Source: a virus (taxonomy: Duplodnaviria > Caudoviricetes). From it: a DNA stretch of 64,000 nt. The position numbers were made by a program, and so were the translations under genes. Every line of letters begins with the position of its first letter. The first letter of the stretch is position 1. This document shows, in pieces, positions 54,923 through 64,000 of this stretch. The stretch lies in IMG/VR virus record IMGVR_UViG_3300032281_000616, positions 138,206 through 202,205 of that record; one strand, given 5' to 3'. A model generated the notes under the pieces. That model worked only from the letters and a program-made list of their open reading frames with translations. It was not told where the DNA came from and did no database searches.

Positions 54923-55138
54923 ATGACGAAGTTATCAGACTACGCGAAGAAAAGGGGAATTACTTACAGAACTGCCTACAACCATTTTAAACAAGGAATC
55001 ATACCAGAAGCCCATCAAATGGATAATGGGACAATTTATATCGATGATAATCATACGCTGGATAATGATGACCTCTGGATAAACATTAGCGAAATTTTAA
55101 AGAATAAAGGATTTGTAATTAGAAAGGACGGTAGGTAA
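54923..55138 (+). CDS. IS607-TnpA-like N-terminal HTH DNA-binding protein
   Basis: KLSDYAKKRGITYRTAYNHFKQG...GTIYI. Confidence 0.7.
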   Translation: MTKLSDYAKKRGITYRTAYNHFKQGIIPEAHQMDNGTIYIDDNHTLDNDDLWINISEILKNKGFVIRKDGR

Positions 55139-55848
55139 TGGGTTCTGCACAAAGGAGGGGGTATTTGTATAGACACATTAGATCGGATAAAAATGAAGTG
55201 TTTTATATCGGAATTGGCGTTGACACAAAAAGCAAATATCGAAGGGCGTTCATGAATTATTCGAGAAACAAATTTTGGAATAATATTACAAATAAAACGG
55301 GTTATGTTGTAGAAATCGTGTTAAAAGATTTAGAGTATAATGTTTTATTGGAAAAGGAAAAAGAATTTATAAAATTATATGGTCGCAGAGATTTGGGATT
55401 GGGGACTTTGGTGAACCTGACTGATGGAGGTGAGGGAACATTGGGCTGTAAAGCCAATTTGGGTAAAAAACGATCACTAGAAACTAAGTTAAAGATGAGG
55501 GGTCGGGTGAGGTCAGAGGAACATAAGTTGAAAATATCCAAAGCGAATAAAGGTAGGCAAAAGACTCCCGAACAGTTATTAAAAGCATCCCAAGTTAGAA
55601 TTGGTAAAAAACACTCAAAACCACACTCTTCCCGAAGAAAAAAGATTTTACAAAAAACTTTATCGGGGGATATCGTTAAAGTTTGGGATTGTGCGTCCGA
55701 TTGCGAACCCCACGGCTTCCGAAGAAGCACTATAAATGAATGTTGTCATTTAAAACACAAATCCCATAAAGGGTTTATATGGGAGTTTTACGATGACCTA
55801 ATGGTTTTGCCTAATGTTGATATATTGGCTACGCCCGAATTCACATAG
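55138..55848 (+). mobile_element. GIY-YIG (LEM-3-like) homing endonuclease
   Basis: YLYRHIR...FYIGIG; LVNLTDGGEG; NUMOD repeats. Confidence 0.82.
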
Positions 55849-56864
55849 ACCTGTTCCACACCAAACGAATCTTTATTAGATAGAGAAACAATATTGAAAC
55901 CTTGGTTCCAATTTGGAGCGGATGCATACACAGCGTCCAAACTACATAAGCAACCACCTTCGATACCTAACAATTGTTGCTCTGGTCTATGCCCAATGGC
56001 AGGAATTCTTTTCATTGAACTTCCAATCCTATGAGTATGACCATGTAGAATACTTGAACCCCATTTATTAATTTCTCCTAAACAAGATGCTCCACCATTT
56101 GATCTAACTGTGGTTCCATGTGTAACAATCAATCCATTAAGATCAACATAATCTACATGCTCAACCTTAGATGCATAATCCCCCATGAAAACCTTTTCAT
56201 AAGAAAGAATATCAGAAATATTATCTAATGAGGAAAGTTCTCCGAGTCTATCTGATAAATATCGTCTCCATCTTCCATCAATACTTTGACCACTATGATT
56301 CGATGTTGTTTCATAGATCTTAGCACCTCCAGAGATACCAATTAGTTCGTGTAAGAACGCATGGTATTCTTCTCGCTCTTTTTGAAGTGACCAATTTTTC
56401 TTAATGTCTTTTGGATACTTCGAAATAGCCAAAAAGTCCATCGTATCACCATTAAGAATAATGGTCTTGGGTTTCAATTGGAAAATAACCTCTAAGAAAA
56501 TATCGATAGCCTTCGGATCGTGACAACCAAAGTGGAAGTCTGATCCCACAACAGCATAATCTGTTAATTCAAACTTTGATGGTTCCTCATATCTAGGAGC
56601 AATATTAATTGGGGCTAGTTGCGATAAGAATTCTAAAACCTCATCTTCAGTTTTTTTAAATCTCTGTGGACGATCCCTTTGGAAATTATCGTTCGTATAT
56701 CCAACTACCTTAGTTTCTTCAAATGTTTGATAACCTTCATTATCTTCAATCCATCTTTTATACCACCCAATCGCAGTGCTTTTAGCAACTCCAAATTCTC
56801 TGTATATTTCTGAATAAGTTTTTCCACTATGTCGGGCTTGTATTACTTGATCTCTTACTTGCAT
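55788..56864 (-). CDS. metallophosphoesterase with N-terminal HTH
   Basis: SDFH, LNGD, SNH, THG, GHTH. Confidence 0.82.
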   Translation of the reverse strand: MQVRDQVIQARHSGKTYSEIYREFGVAKSTAIGWYKRWIEDNEGYQTFEETKVVGYTNDNFQRDRPQRFKKTEDEVLEFLSQLAPINIAPRYEEPSKFELTDYAVVGSDFHFGCHDPKAIDIFLEVIFQLKPKTIILNGDTMDFLAISKYPKDIKKNWSLQKEREEYHAFLHELIGISGGAKIYETTSNHSGQSIDGRWRRYLSDRLGELSSLDNISDILSYEKVFMGDYASKVEHVDYVDLNGLIVTHGTTVRSNGGASCLGEINKWGSSILHGHTHRIGSSMKRIPAIGHRPEQQLLGIEGGCLCSLDAVYASAPNWNQGFNIVSLSNKDSFGVEQVYVNSGVANISTLGKTIRSS

Positions 56865-56873
56865 AATTTTATT

Positions 56874-57104
56874 TTATTTTATTGAATCTATCGACAATCT
56901 TAAATCACTCATCATCTTCAGAGCATCGGCTTGGGAAGGTTTGCTCTCCAGATCCTCTAAAGTCGCTCTAGCCTCTTCATATGTATCATAGGTCGAATGG
57001 ATGTCAACCTTCTTTTTCACCAAATCCTTTTTAAGAATCGCATACGATCCATCACTTTGGCGTTTTATGTCGTATCTGACATAGACTTTAAAGTTTTTAC
57101 TCAC
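56874..57104 (-). CDS. late hypothetical protein (GTG start)
   Basis: TAAATA 5 nt upstream. Confidence 0.6.
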   Translation of the reverse strand: MSKNFKVYVRYDIKRQSDGSYAILKKDLVKKKVDIHSTYDTYEEARATLEDLESKPSQADALKMMSDLRLSIDSIK

Positions 57105-57134
57105 TATTGTATTTATTCTTTGTTAAATATATTC

Positions 57135-57617
57135 ATGTCTGAATACGATGACGATATCGATAAAAATGTTGATTCAATTTTAAACCAATTGAAAAACCAA
57201 AGTCGATCCCTAAAAGAAGTTAAAAGAAATCCACCTCCCCAACTACAAAAGGAGGAAATGGAGCAATTTATCATTGATAAAGCATCTGAGATTGTGAATG
57301 GATGTGTCGAGGTCATTGGAATTATTCACGATGAAATCAAATGTGCTCCTGATCCTAAATTAATCGAATCGGGTGCCACATTCATAAACGCATTTACATC
57401 AGCGTTAGATGCTCTCGGGAAATTAGAAATAAACAGACAGAAGATTGGAGCACAAAAAGACATCGCTAAATTAAATGCTTCAGCGAAACTTCTTTCTAAT
57501 GATGAGGAACAAAGTTCTAAGGGTGTTTTCATTTCTAGAGAAGAATTGATCAAGGGTATTTTAGAATATAAAAAAGAAGATGTTAAGGAAGTAACCGAAG
57601 ATCCTATCGATGTTTAA
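57135..57617 (+). CDS. possible terminase small subunit (T4 gp16-like; start MSEYDDD)
   Basis: helical core PKLIESGATF...; C-terminal VFISREEL; TAAATA 5 nt upstream. Confidence 0.45.
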   Translation: MSEYDDDIDKNVDSILNQLKNQSRSLKEVKRNPPPQLQKEEMEQFIIDKASEIVNGCVEVIGIIHDEIKCAPDPKLIESGATFINAFTSALDALGKLEINRQKIGAQKDIAKLNASAKLLSNDEEQSSKGVFISREELIKGILEYKKEDVKEVTEDPIDV

Positions 57618-58519
57618 ACTTCTCCAGTTGGTGTATTTCTTTCGTAGTCTGTAGATTTTTCATCATTGGAAATCTTCAATAGATTACCACGTTTTTCTGG
57701 AGTGTCAAGCACATCACCCAATATATCCAATTCAACGTCTTGTGATGTGTCTCCAGATTTAAGTTTCTTCTTAATCTTGGTATTGGCGGATACTGATTGA
57801 TTCTTTTCCACATTGAATGGAGAATAAGTCTTGTTCTGTTCAAATATTCTGAAATTTTCTGAACCTATTGTTTCCTTAATTTTATCGTATAAATCACCGG
57901 ATATTTTTTGAATAATATCAATAAATCTCAAATCTTTAGTCATATAGGAACCATGTGAGTAAGTATCCCAAGATGATTCTTTATCGTATCTGAGTTGAGG
58001 CTTTTTATCAGCCAATGGTAAAGTATTGTCATGAACAATTCCACTAATTAAACTAGATTTGAACATTTCCTCAGATGTATTCACAAAGGCTAAAGTCTTC
58101 TGCATGAAACTTGGGAGTTTATTGAAGGTATCAACTGAACAACCCAATGAAACTGGTTTCTCCATATACATTGAAGTATTACTAATAGATATATTAAGAT
58201 TTCCGTTATTTCCTAATATGTCTGGGTATGATGAAAAATATTTTTTATCTTTTGAGTATTCTGAGACGTATACACCAAGGGGTCCATTTCTCAGAATGCT
58301 AGTGTAATACATTATACTATACTCATCGAGTTCAGATCCATCCGAGTCTAATTTATCTATAAATTTATACAATTGAGGCAACCCCAATTCATAAATTTTC
58401 TTAAACTCAACCATAAAATCTATATCAATCTCAGAGAAAGCATCTCCAAGATTTGTTATATCGCCCATGTCCTCTTTTGTAAAACACAGACTTCGAAGTA
58501 TTTCAACTTTATTGTTCAT
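57614..58519 (-). CDS. hypothetical virion/baseplate-region protein
   Basis: ORF in late cluster. Confidence 0.65.
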   Translation of the reverse strand: MNNKVEILRSLCFTKEDMGDITNLGDAFSEIDIDFMVEFKKIYELGLPQLYKFIDKLDSDGSELDEYSIMYYTSILRNGPLGVYVSEYSKDKKYFSSYPDILGNNGNLNISISNTSMYMEKPVSLGCSVDTFNKLPSFMQKTLAFVNTSEEMFKSSLISGIVHDNTLPLADKKPQLRYDKESSWDTYSHGSYMTKDLRFIDIIQKISGDLYDKIKETIGSENFRIFEQNKTYSPFNVEKNQSVSANTKIKKKLKSGDTSQDVELDILGDVLDTPEKRGNLLKISNDEKSTDYERNTPTGEV

Positions 58520-58953
58520 ATTTTTGGTATCGCTGTTGTTATATTTCCAACTTTCTTTATATCAAATTCATCTGAAAAGATTTTATCGAAATATCCAACC
58601 GTCTTCGGACTAACGAGTTCGCTTTTAACGATCAAACTATATTTTAAGGCTTGCATTTTATGAAAGGGATATATCTTTTTAAGTAACCCGAAATCTTTAC
58701 CGTAGTATGCAGCGTAACTTTTAATTTTTTCCAATATCAATACACCATTATCAATCCAAAGATCTATGTGTCCTATTTGATCATCTCCCTCATAAATTCC
58801 ACGATAGGATGGATCGGCGTATCCAATATCTGGGTTGAATAAATTCGGTCCAAGACGATAGCCGTATTGTCTCAAATGGTTATCTAACTCATTATAATAT
58901 TGTTCAGTGGTTATCCCACCGATACTCTCATAAAATGTTTTAAATTTCATCAT
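58516..58953 (-). CDS. hypothetical virion-type protein (start MMKFKTFYES)
   Basis: ATGA overlap; N-terminus typical of large-myovirus internal proteins. Confidence 0.6.
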   Translation of the reverse strand: MMKFKTFYESIGGITTEQYYNELDNHLRQYGYRLGPNLFNPDIGYADPSYRGIYEGDDQIGHIDLWIDNGVLILEKIKSYAAYYGKDFGLLKKIYPFHKMQALKYSLIVKSELVSPKTVGYFDKIFSDEFDIKKVGNITTAIPKI

Positions 58954-60272
58954 TCGGTGTCTTCTGTAAAAACTGAATTTGGTCCAATGTAAGTTTTTGT
59001 GCAAAATAATTGATTTGTGTACAAATCAGCGAAGAATATGTGATGCACCTCGGTCACATACCATCTTCCAAGAATTTTCTGATCACTCTTGAGTTCATCT
59101 TCATTTCTGGTCGTAAATATATCAATAAATTTACCAGATCGTCTAGATGTTTTTCCTATATTCGAGAAAGATGCCTGTAAATTATAAAAGGTTAAAGAAT
59201 TATGAATATCAGCTTCTACTATTTTCACATTATCTTCAATAGGGTAAGGAAACGAATATCTTTTAAATTTTTTCGCTGTTGTTTTATTGAAAACTATGAA
59301 TGGTTTCGGTTTACCTGAGTTTGACTTAAAAACATCAACGAATTTCCTAACCCATTTCTCCTTTATTTCATCAATTGATAATTTTATTATTTTGTGGATA
59401 CCTAAAATTCTATCGTAACCAAAAACTAAACTATTAATGAAATAGTCGGTGTTCCACCCATAAAAAGGTGTAGAATATCCCAAATTTTTTATTTGACCGA
59501 TATATTCCCCAACGGGTGCTTTTGATATAGGATTATTAGGATTAGATGTTTCAATTTTTGAAGTTAAGTCGCCCAATCCAAAAGCTTCAATTGTATGCTT
59601 TTCATTATCTGTAAAAATTTTAGACAAAAGATCCAATCTGAATTTAGATGATTTCATATCCCAAGATATAAACCCCTTTACATGAATTTCTCCATCTTTG
59701 GCATAGTATAACTGCATCAAAGTATGTATTAGATCCACGTATCTATATGTTGCAGGTGGGTAATACTCTAATACAAAATCCCCATCTTCCCAATTTTCTT
59801 CATCTACTGCATTATCGCCTAAAACTTCTTTAAATACATTTTTTAAAATTTCTCCAACTTTACCAGAATATTTTTTACCATACGGGATAGTATCTGAGAA
59901 TGGGATGGCATTTTTAGCAACTAAAACAAAAGTTTTTATATTTTCGGATCTAACAACTGGGTTGGCTGTATTGGATTCATCGATTACAGCAAATGTGTAT
60001 TCGTATGTATCTTCATCCTTCTCGGAATCCTTGGGTTTGAATTTAATATATAGTTCATCTCTTCCATCACCTCTAAGAAAATATTCATTTTCAATGAAGT
60101 CATAAGGATTAGCTATAGATATAGTTCCAGATGCAAATGGATCGAAAACATTATCCACTAATGTCATACCACGAATAGCAGACTTTGTGAATTTTATTTC
60201 TTGATCATCTGGATTAGACAACTTAAATTCACACTCATATTCAATATCATTAATTTTGAAAATATCCATCAA
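58950..60272 (-). CDS. baseplate hub protein (gp27-like)
   Basis: size and position after gp53; SGK...GRWYVTEVHH C-terminus. Confidence 0.5.
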   Translation of the reverse strand: MMDIFKINDIEYECEFKLSNPDDQEIKFTKSAIRGMTLVDNVFDPFASGTISIANPYDFIENEYFLRGDGRDELYIKFKPKDSEKDEDTYEYTFAVIDESNTANPVVRSENIKTFVLVAKNAIPFSDTIPYGKKYSGKVGEILKNVFKEVLGDNAVDEENWEDGDFVLEYYPPATYRYVDLIHTLMQLYYAKDGEIHVKGFISWDMKSSKFRLDLLSKIFTDNEKHTIEAFGLGDLTSKIETSNPNNPISKAPVGEYIGQIKNLGYSTPFYGWNTDYFINSLVFGYDRILGIHKIIKLSIDEIKEKWVRKFVDVFKSNSGKPKPFIVFNKTTAKKFKRYSFPYPIEDNVKIVEADIHNSLTFYNLQASFSNIGKTSRRSGKFIDIFTTRNEDELKSDQKILGRWYVTEVHHIFFADLYTNQLFCTKTYIGPNSVFTEDTE

Positions 60273-60667
60273 TAATGTCTTCCACTGTATATAGTCTGTA
60301 TAGTTATATCTTGATAAATAGCTGTTCTCAATGAGTCAGTTATATATTTTAGTTGTGTCCCACCATTAACATAAAATGGTGCTCCCTCAAATTTGTCCTT
60401 GTTAAGTAAATACAATATCCACCAAGACTTGATATCTCCATAGATTTTATAAGATGCTATTGTTAGAGGCATTCTACTTTCAACATCGTAAAATTCTAAA
60501 AATTGACTATCGATTGTAGGGAAATCGATTCTATTTAAAATATTAAATATATAAAAATTTTTATCTTCCTCTGATTGTTTGAAAATTTTAAAAATTCTCT
60601 CATAATCCCTAATACTTAAAGCAGATAGGGATGGGACTTCGTTTTGATATTTACCTAGATCGATCAT
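60269..60667 (-). CDS. baseplate wedge subunit (gp53-like)
   Basis: PLTIASYKIYGDIKSWWILYLLN. Confidence 0.65.
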   Translation of the reverse strand: MIDLGKYQNEVPSLSALSIRDYERIFKIFKQSEEDKNFYIFNILNRIDFPTIDSQFLEFYDVESRMPLTIASYKIYGDIKSWWILYLLNKDKFEGAPFYVNGGTQLKYITDSLRTAIYQDITIQTIYSGRHY

Positions 60668-60669
60668 AA

Positions 60670-61524
60670 TTATGCCTCCTTCAAAAATCCCGAATGTTCT
60701 AAAGTTAGCGACTTAAAGCTGAGAGAAATTTGATATCCCTCTGGAACAATAACATCATTTATCACTCTTCTAGTTCCTAAGAATGAAACAGAAAAAGAAT
60801 CACAATATGCCCATCTAATCAAGCGATGACCGGGGACACGAACCTGATAGATTCTTGGTGGATCAACAGCAATACTGTTCTTTCTGAGTGGTCTATTGAT
60901 ATATGTTAGTCTTTGAATCAACTTATGATTTTTTTCATAATCACTATTAATAGTGTTTGATAAAACAAACGAAACTTCGAGAGGACCATCATTTTTTTCA
61001 AATTGATAGAACATAGGAGTTTCTACATAAGATCCCGGATCACCACCACCCTTCAAACCATTTAATATAGTATCCGTCATTCCAGTTATATCTCCTGTCC
61101 CTAGTTGACCAGCAGCTTTCACAACATTTTCAACACCAATCAATCCAGTAGCTTGAGCAACATTACCGACAAAAGATTTTGCCATCGCATCCATAGCTGT
61201 TCCTATACCACCACCCCCACCAACTCCGTTTTGAAACGTATCAGCGAAGTTATTGGAAAATGATCTAACATTGTCTCCAAAGAATGGGAAATTAAAATCA
61301 TCTTCTGCTGTGGAAGAATCTGAATACATTTTATCGTAAAACTCTTTTGCATTCTGTTCACCAGCACCCTTAGCTATGGATATATAATTCTTAATTGATG
61401 TCATTATATTATTTGACTTCAATTTATATGACTTCACCCAAACTCTCGGAGCCTGTTTACGAATAGAAGACCCTCTTGGAGCAATTGTCCAATCGTAGTC
61501 TTTCACAACATCATATTTTGCCAT
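60670..61524 (-). CDS. baseplate/tail-tube junction protein (gp48/gp54-like)
   Basis: position; SFVL...PP IY V...CDSFSV...LSFKSL. Confidence 0.5.
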   Translation of the reverse strand: MAKYDVVKDYDWTIAPRGSSIRKQAPRVWVKSYKLKSNNIMTSIKNYISIAKGAGEQNAKEFYDKMYSDSSTAEDDFNFPFFGDNVRSFSNNFADTFQNGVGGGGGIGTAMDAMAKSFVGNVAQATGLIGVENVVKAAGQLGTGDITGMTDTILNGLKGGGDPGSYVETPMFYQFEKNDGPLEVSFVLSNTINSDYEKNHKLIQRLTYINRPLRKNSIAVDPPRIYQVRVPGHRLIRWAYCDSFSVSFLGTRRVINDVIVPEGYQISLSFKSLTLEHSGFLKEA

Positions 61525-61532
61525 ATTACTAT

Positions 61533-63761
61533 TTAACCCAATGCATAAGGACTAGAAGCAAATCCGGTTCTATTGTTCGATATAGGTATTGATGGTGTTT
61601 TGGATTGTTGTTGGGGTGGTGATATAACAGTTGTTGTTCCACCTTTATTAGGGTTTCCAGAAATTCTCTTAAGTTCGCTTAGAGAAGAATTTCCGATATT
61701 CACCATCATACCCAAAAGCTTAACCTGTTCCAGAGATGTGTTATGTAGCATATGTAACCATTTGTTGCTTACTATGTTATTTTTTGCAACATTCTCCATA
61801 TATGTCGTATCTGTAGAATTAACAACATTTTCTGATTTTTTTACAGGTGCTACTTTAGCGATTTCAGGATCTTCTGGAGATACTAACCCCATGACCCAAG
61901 ATCCAATTTTATCAGCAATACCTTTTAGGATACCAAGTGCTGAATCCGTAATACCAGTTATAGTATCAACTATTTTGGGAACCCAAGCATCGATTAATGT
62001 TTTAGCTTCAGATGCCATACTCTCGATAGCGTTATACGCCCATGTTCCAGCCTCCTTTGCCTTCTCTAATGCTTTAGATGATGTCTCTTTGATACTCTCC
62101 CATAATTTACCTCCTTCTTCAGAAGCTACCTTCCAAGCATCAGAAGTGAATTCTTTAGTTCTCTCCCAAGCTTTACCACTTATATCTTTTACAGCTTCCC
62201 AAGCTTTTGGTGCATTTTCTTTTATAGATGACCAAGCATCGGAGGCTACATTTTTAACACCATCCCATGTTTTTGGTATTATTGATTTTATACCTTCCCA
62301 AGCTTTCCCAGCTATATCTTTGGTTTTGCTCCATGTATCGGATGCGAATTTTCCTATATAACCAACAGCATCACCAATTGGTCCTTTAATAGTATCCCAT
62401 ATACCAGAGAAGAATTTTTTACTACCTTCGAATCCAGCCTTTACTCCAGCCCCGATATCACCAAAGGCATTAGAATTAATTCCACTATCATCTTCCATGA
62501 TACCAAACCAAGATAGGGGTTTTTTAATCCACCATGGCAAGTCTTGTAGTTTGGATTTTACCCAATCCTTTAGTTTGGAAAACCACGATGTATTCTCAGT
62601 TAGTTTGGGATCTGCTGGTTTTTTATCAGAAAAGAATCCCATAAGCATCTCAACACCCTTGATGATAAATCCTGCACCGGGAATTAAGGCAAACATACCT
62701 AATCCAAAATTTTTCAACATATCCATGTAATTCCCACCTTTAAAGGAATCGTATGCTTTACCAAACCATTTAATAGTCCCTAAGACAGGAATATACTCGG
62801 CTCTACTCCAAATCCATGCACCCAAACCTTTAGCCATATCCCATAAAATATCACCCTTTTTCTTAGATGCTTTTGGATTAGACCCACCAGCTTTAATATC
62901 TAAAAATGCGTTGAGGACATCTAACCCTAAAGATAGACCGAATCCTAGACCCGGAACTACTAAATCCAGTAACCCAACAAGTCCACTCATGACATCAATA
63001 ACACCACCAACAGTATCACCAGATCTAAATCTGGATATGGCAAATCCAACCGATATAAGAGATCCAATGATTGGTATTCTTTTTAGTAGTTTAGCTGCTG
63101 GTTTTAAACCTTTTATAATAGAAGCACCTAATTTTCCAAATAACCCTTTACCACCTTTCGGTAAAACCTTTGCTGCAATTGAAGCAACACCTTTACCCAG
63201 ATCATCTACAAAAGATTTTGCGAATTTTATAACATTATCAAACATCCCACCGAATATACCACCGAATTTGGATAGTATACCTGTTAAGGCTTTGATACCA
63301 CCAGCTATAGTTATCTTAGATAAGATCTTTAATACACCCTTTAAAGAACTATCTGTCATAAGACCAGCTATAAACGTAAACAATCCACCTAATATAGCCA
63401 ATCCACCTAATAAGAATCTACCAAATCCACCCTCTGACTTTTGTTGCATAGGAGGTGGAGGTAATGGTGGAGGAGTTACATTAGCTTTGGCTATTTGAGA
63501 TACCTTAGTCTTTTCCTTCTCATCGACTCTTACCTTTTTCTGAAACTCGAAAAACATTTGATTGAACAGTGTGAATGTTTCAACCAAATTTTGTTTTTGT
63601 TCAGATGATAAGCCTCCGCGCTTTTCTCTTTTGTCAGAATCAAATGTCGAATTTTTTGATTTGACGATATTCTTCTCAATGATCTTATCTTGTTTAGGCA
63701 CACCTTTCTGCTCGTGCATTTCTTTAAGCACACCTAACAAATTTAAGATAACTGGGTCCAT
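61533..63761 (-). CDS. tape-measure / baseplate hub protein (gp29-like)
   Basis: 742 aa; about 11-aa periodic W repeats (KAWEGIK, KTWDGVK, DAWSSIK...). Confidence 0.65.
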   Translation of the reverse strand: MDPVILNLLGVLKEMHEQKGVPKQDKIIEKNIVKSKNSTFDSDKREKRGGLSSEQKQNLVETFTLFNQMFFEFQKKVRVDEKEKTKVSQIAKANVTPPPLPPPPMQQKSEGGFGRFLLGGLAILGGLFTFIAGLMTDSSLKGVLKILSKITIAGGIKALTGILSKFGGIFGGMFDNVIKFAKSFVDDLGKGVASIAAKVLPKGGKGLFGKLGASIIKGLKPAAKLLKRIPIIGSLISVGFAISRFRSGDTVGGVIDVMSGLVGLLDLVVPGLGFGLSLGLDVLNAFLDIKAGGSNPKASKKKGDILWDMAKGLGAWIWSRAEYIPVLGTIKWFGKAYDSFKGGNYMDMLKNFGLGMFALIPGAGFIIKGVEMLMGFFSDKKPADPKLTENTSWFSKLKDWVKSKLQDLPWWIKKPLSWFGIMEDDSGINSNAFGDIGAGVKAGFEGSKKFFSGIWDTIKGPIGDAVGYIGKFASDTWSKTKDIAGKAWEGIKSIIPKTWDGVKNVASDAWSSIKENAPKAWEAVKDISGKAWERTKEFTSDAWKVASEEGGKLWESIKETSSKALEKAKEAGTWAYNAIESMASEAKTLIDAWVPKIVDTITGITDSALGILKGIADKIGSWVMGLVSPEDPEIAKVAPVKKSENVVNSTDTTYMENVAKNNIVSNKWLHMLHNTSLEQVKLLGMMVNIGNSSLSELKRISGNPNKGGTTTVISPPQQQSKTPSIPISNNRTGFASSPYALG

Positions 63762-63769
63762 TATAATAT

Positions 63770-64000
63770 TTAACCATCAAATAAACTTACATCTATATCC
63801 AATGTTTTTTTGTCACCATTGATATCTACAGTAAGCCATTCTTTCTCAATCTTATTGATATTTTGGATAAAATCAATAACTTTTTGATTGATAGAAATTG
63901 GTAAATTATCCACAATCTTTACTCTATCCTTAATAGGAATATCGATAAAAATAATCGATCCTCCATCGAATTCAATTTCTCTAATATATTTTACAATTTC
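63770..64000 (-). CDS. C-terminal part of baseplate hub assembly protein (gp26-like), truncated by window edge
   Basis: EIVKYIREI...KIVDNLP...IDFI...IDVSLFDG*. Confidence 0.55.
   Translation of the reverse strand, partial: EIVKYIREIEFDGGSIIFIDIPIKDRVKIVDNLPISINQKVIDFIQNINKIEKEWLTVDINGDKKTLDIDVSLFDG

Larger units (their letters stand above)
12287..63772. promoter_or_regulatory. T4-like late promoter core TAAATA, usually 5 nt before the start codon
   Basis: + strand at 12287,27481,45673,49504,54912,57124; minus strand at 21646,30398 (full TATAAATA),39613,53666,57110,61530,63767. Precedes homing endonucleases and virion-type genes. Confidence 0.7.

Noticed and set aside
1063-63822. Most + strand ORFs in the track (e.g. 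3420..4151, 4389..4904, 61573..62361, 62911..63498) and nested minus-strand ones
   Set aside because: Antisense shadows of well-supported genes with no motifs or promoters.
1-64000. Group I catalytic core (P7/R/S elements) for the mini-intron within this window
   Set aside because: Only chance partial matches inside coding regions were seen by eye; a covariance search is needed, and the core could lie outside the window.
1-64000. Alternative genetic code (stop-codon recoding)
   Set aside because: Large genes are intact under code 11 and TAA, TAG and TGA all terminate genes; only one internal stop was seen.

Overview
A 64-kb segment of a large, AT-rich T4-like myovirus genome. Nearly all genes are on the minus strand. 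About 1-55 kb is an accessory/early region of roughly 120 mostly small ORFs. It includes a UvrD-like helicase, ThyX, rIIA/rIIB, DenV, TilS, Thg1, two RNA ligases, a PNK-like kinase, 2H/HAD/calcineurin/histidine phosphatases, an RlaP-like nucleotidyltransferase, a macrodomain, a PEP-CTERM protein and nine free-standing homing endonucleases. About 57-64 kb holds T4-like late and baseplate genes. Main observations: (1) 52 copies of AAACACTA-N3-(T/C/A)ANNNT precede genes, and 40 sit exactly 6 nt before an ATG. This suggests an unusual leaderless early promoter that also forms the junction between small gene cassettes. (2) A tRNA-Leu has a 38-nt insert ending in G exactly at the canonical group I site (U34^A35), but no ribozyme core. 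(3) Several tRNA-like or permuted structured RNAs occur alongside an unusually complete RNA end-healing/sealing toolkit. All calls come from manual motif reading; no database searches or folding programs were run.
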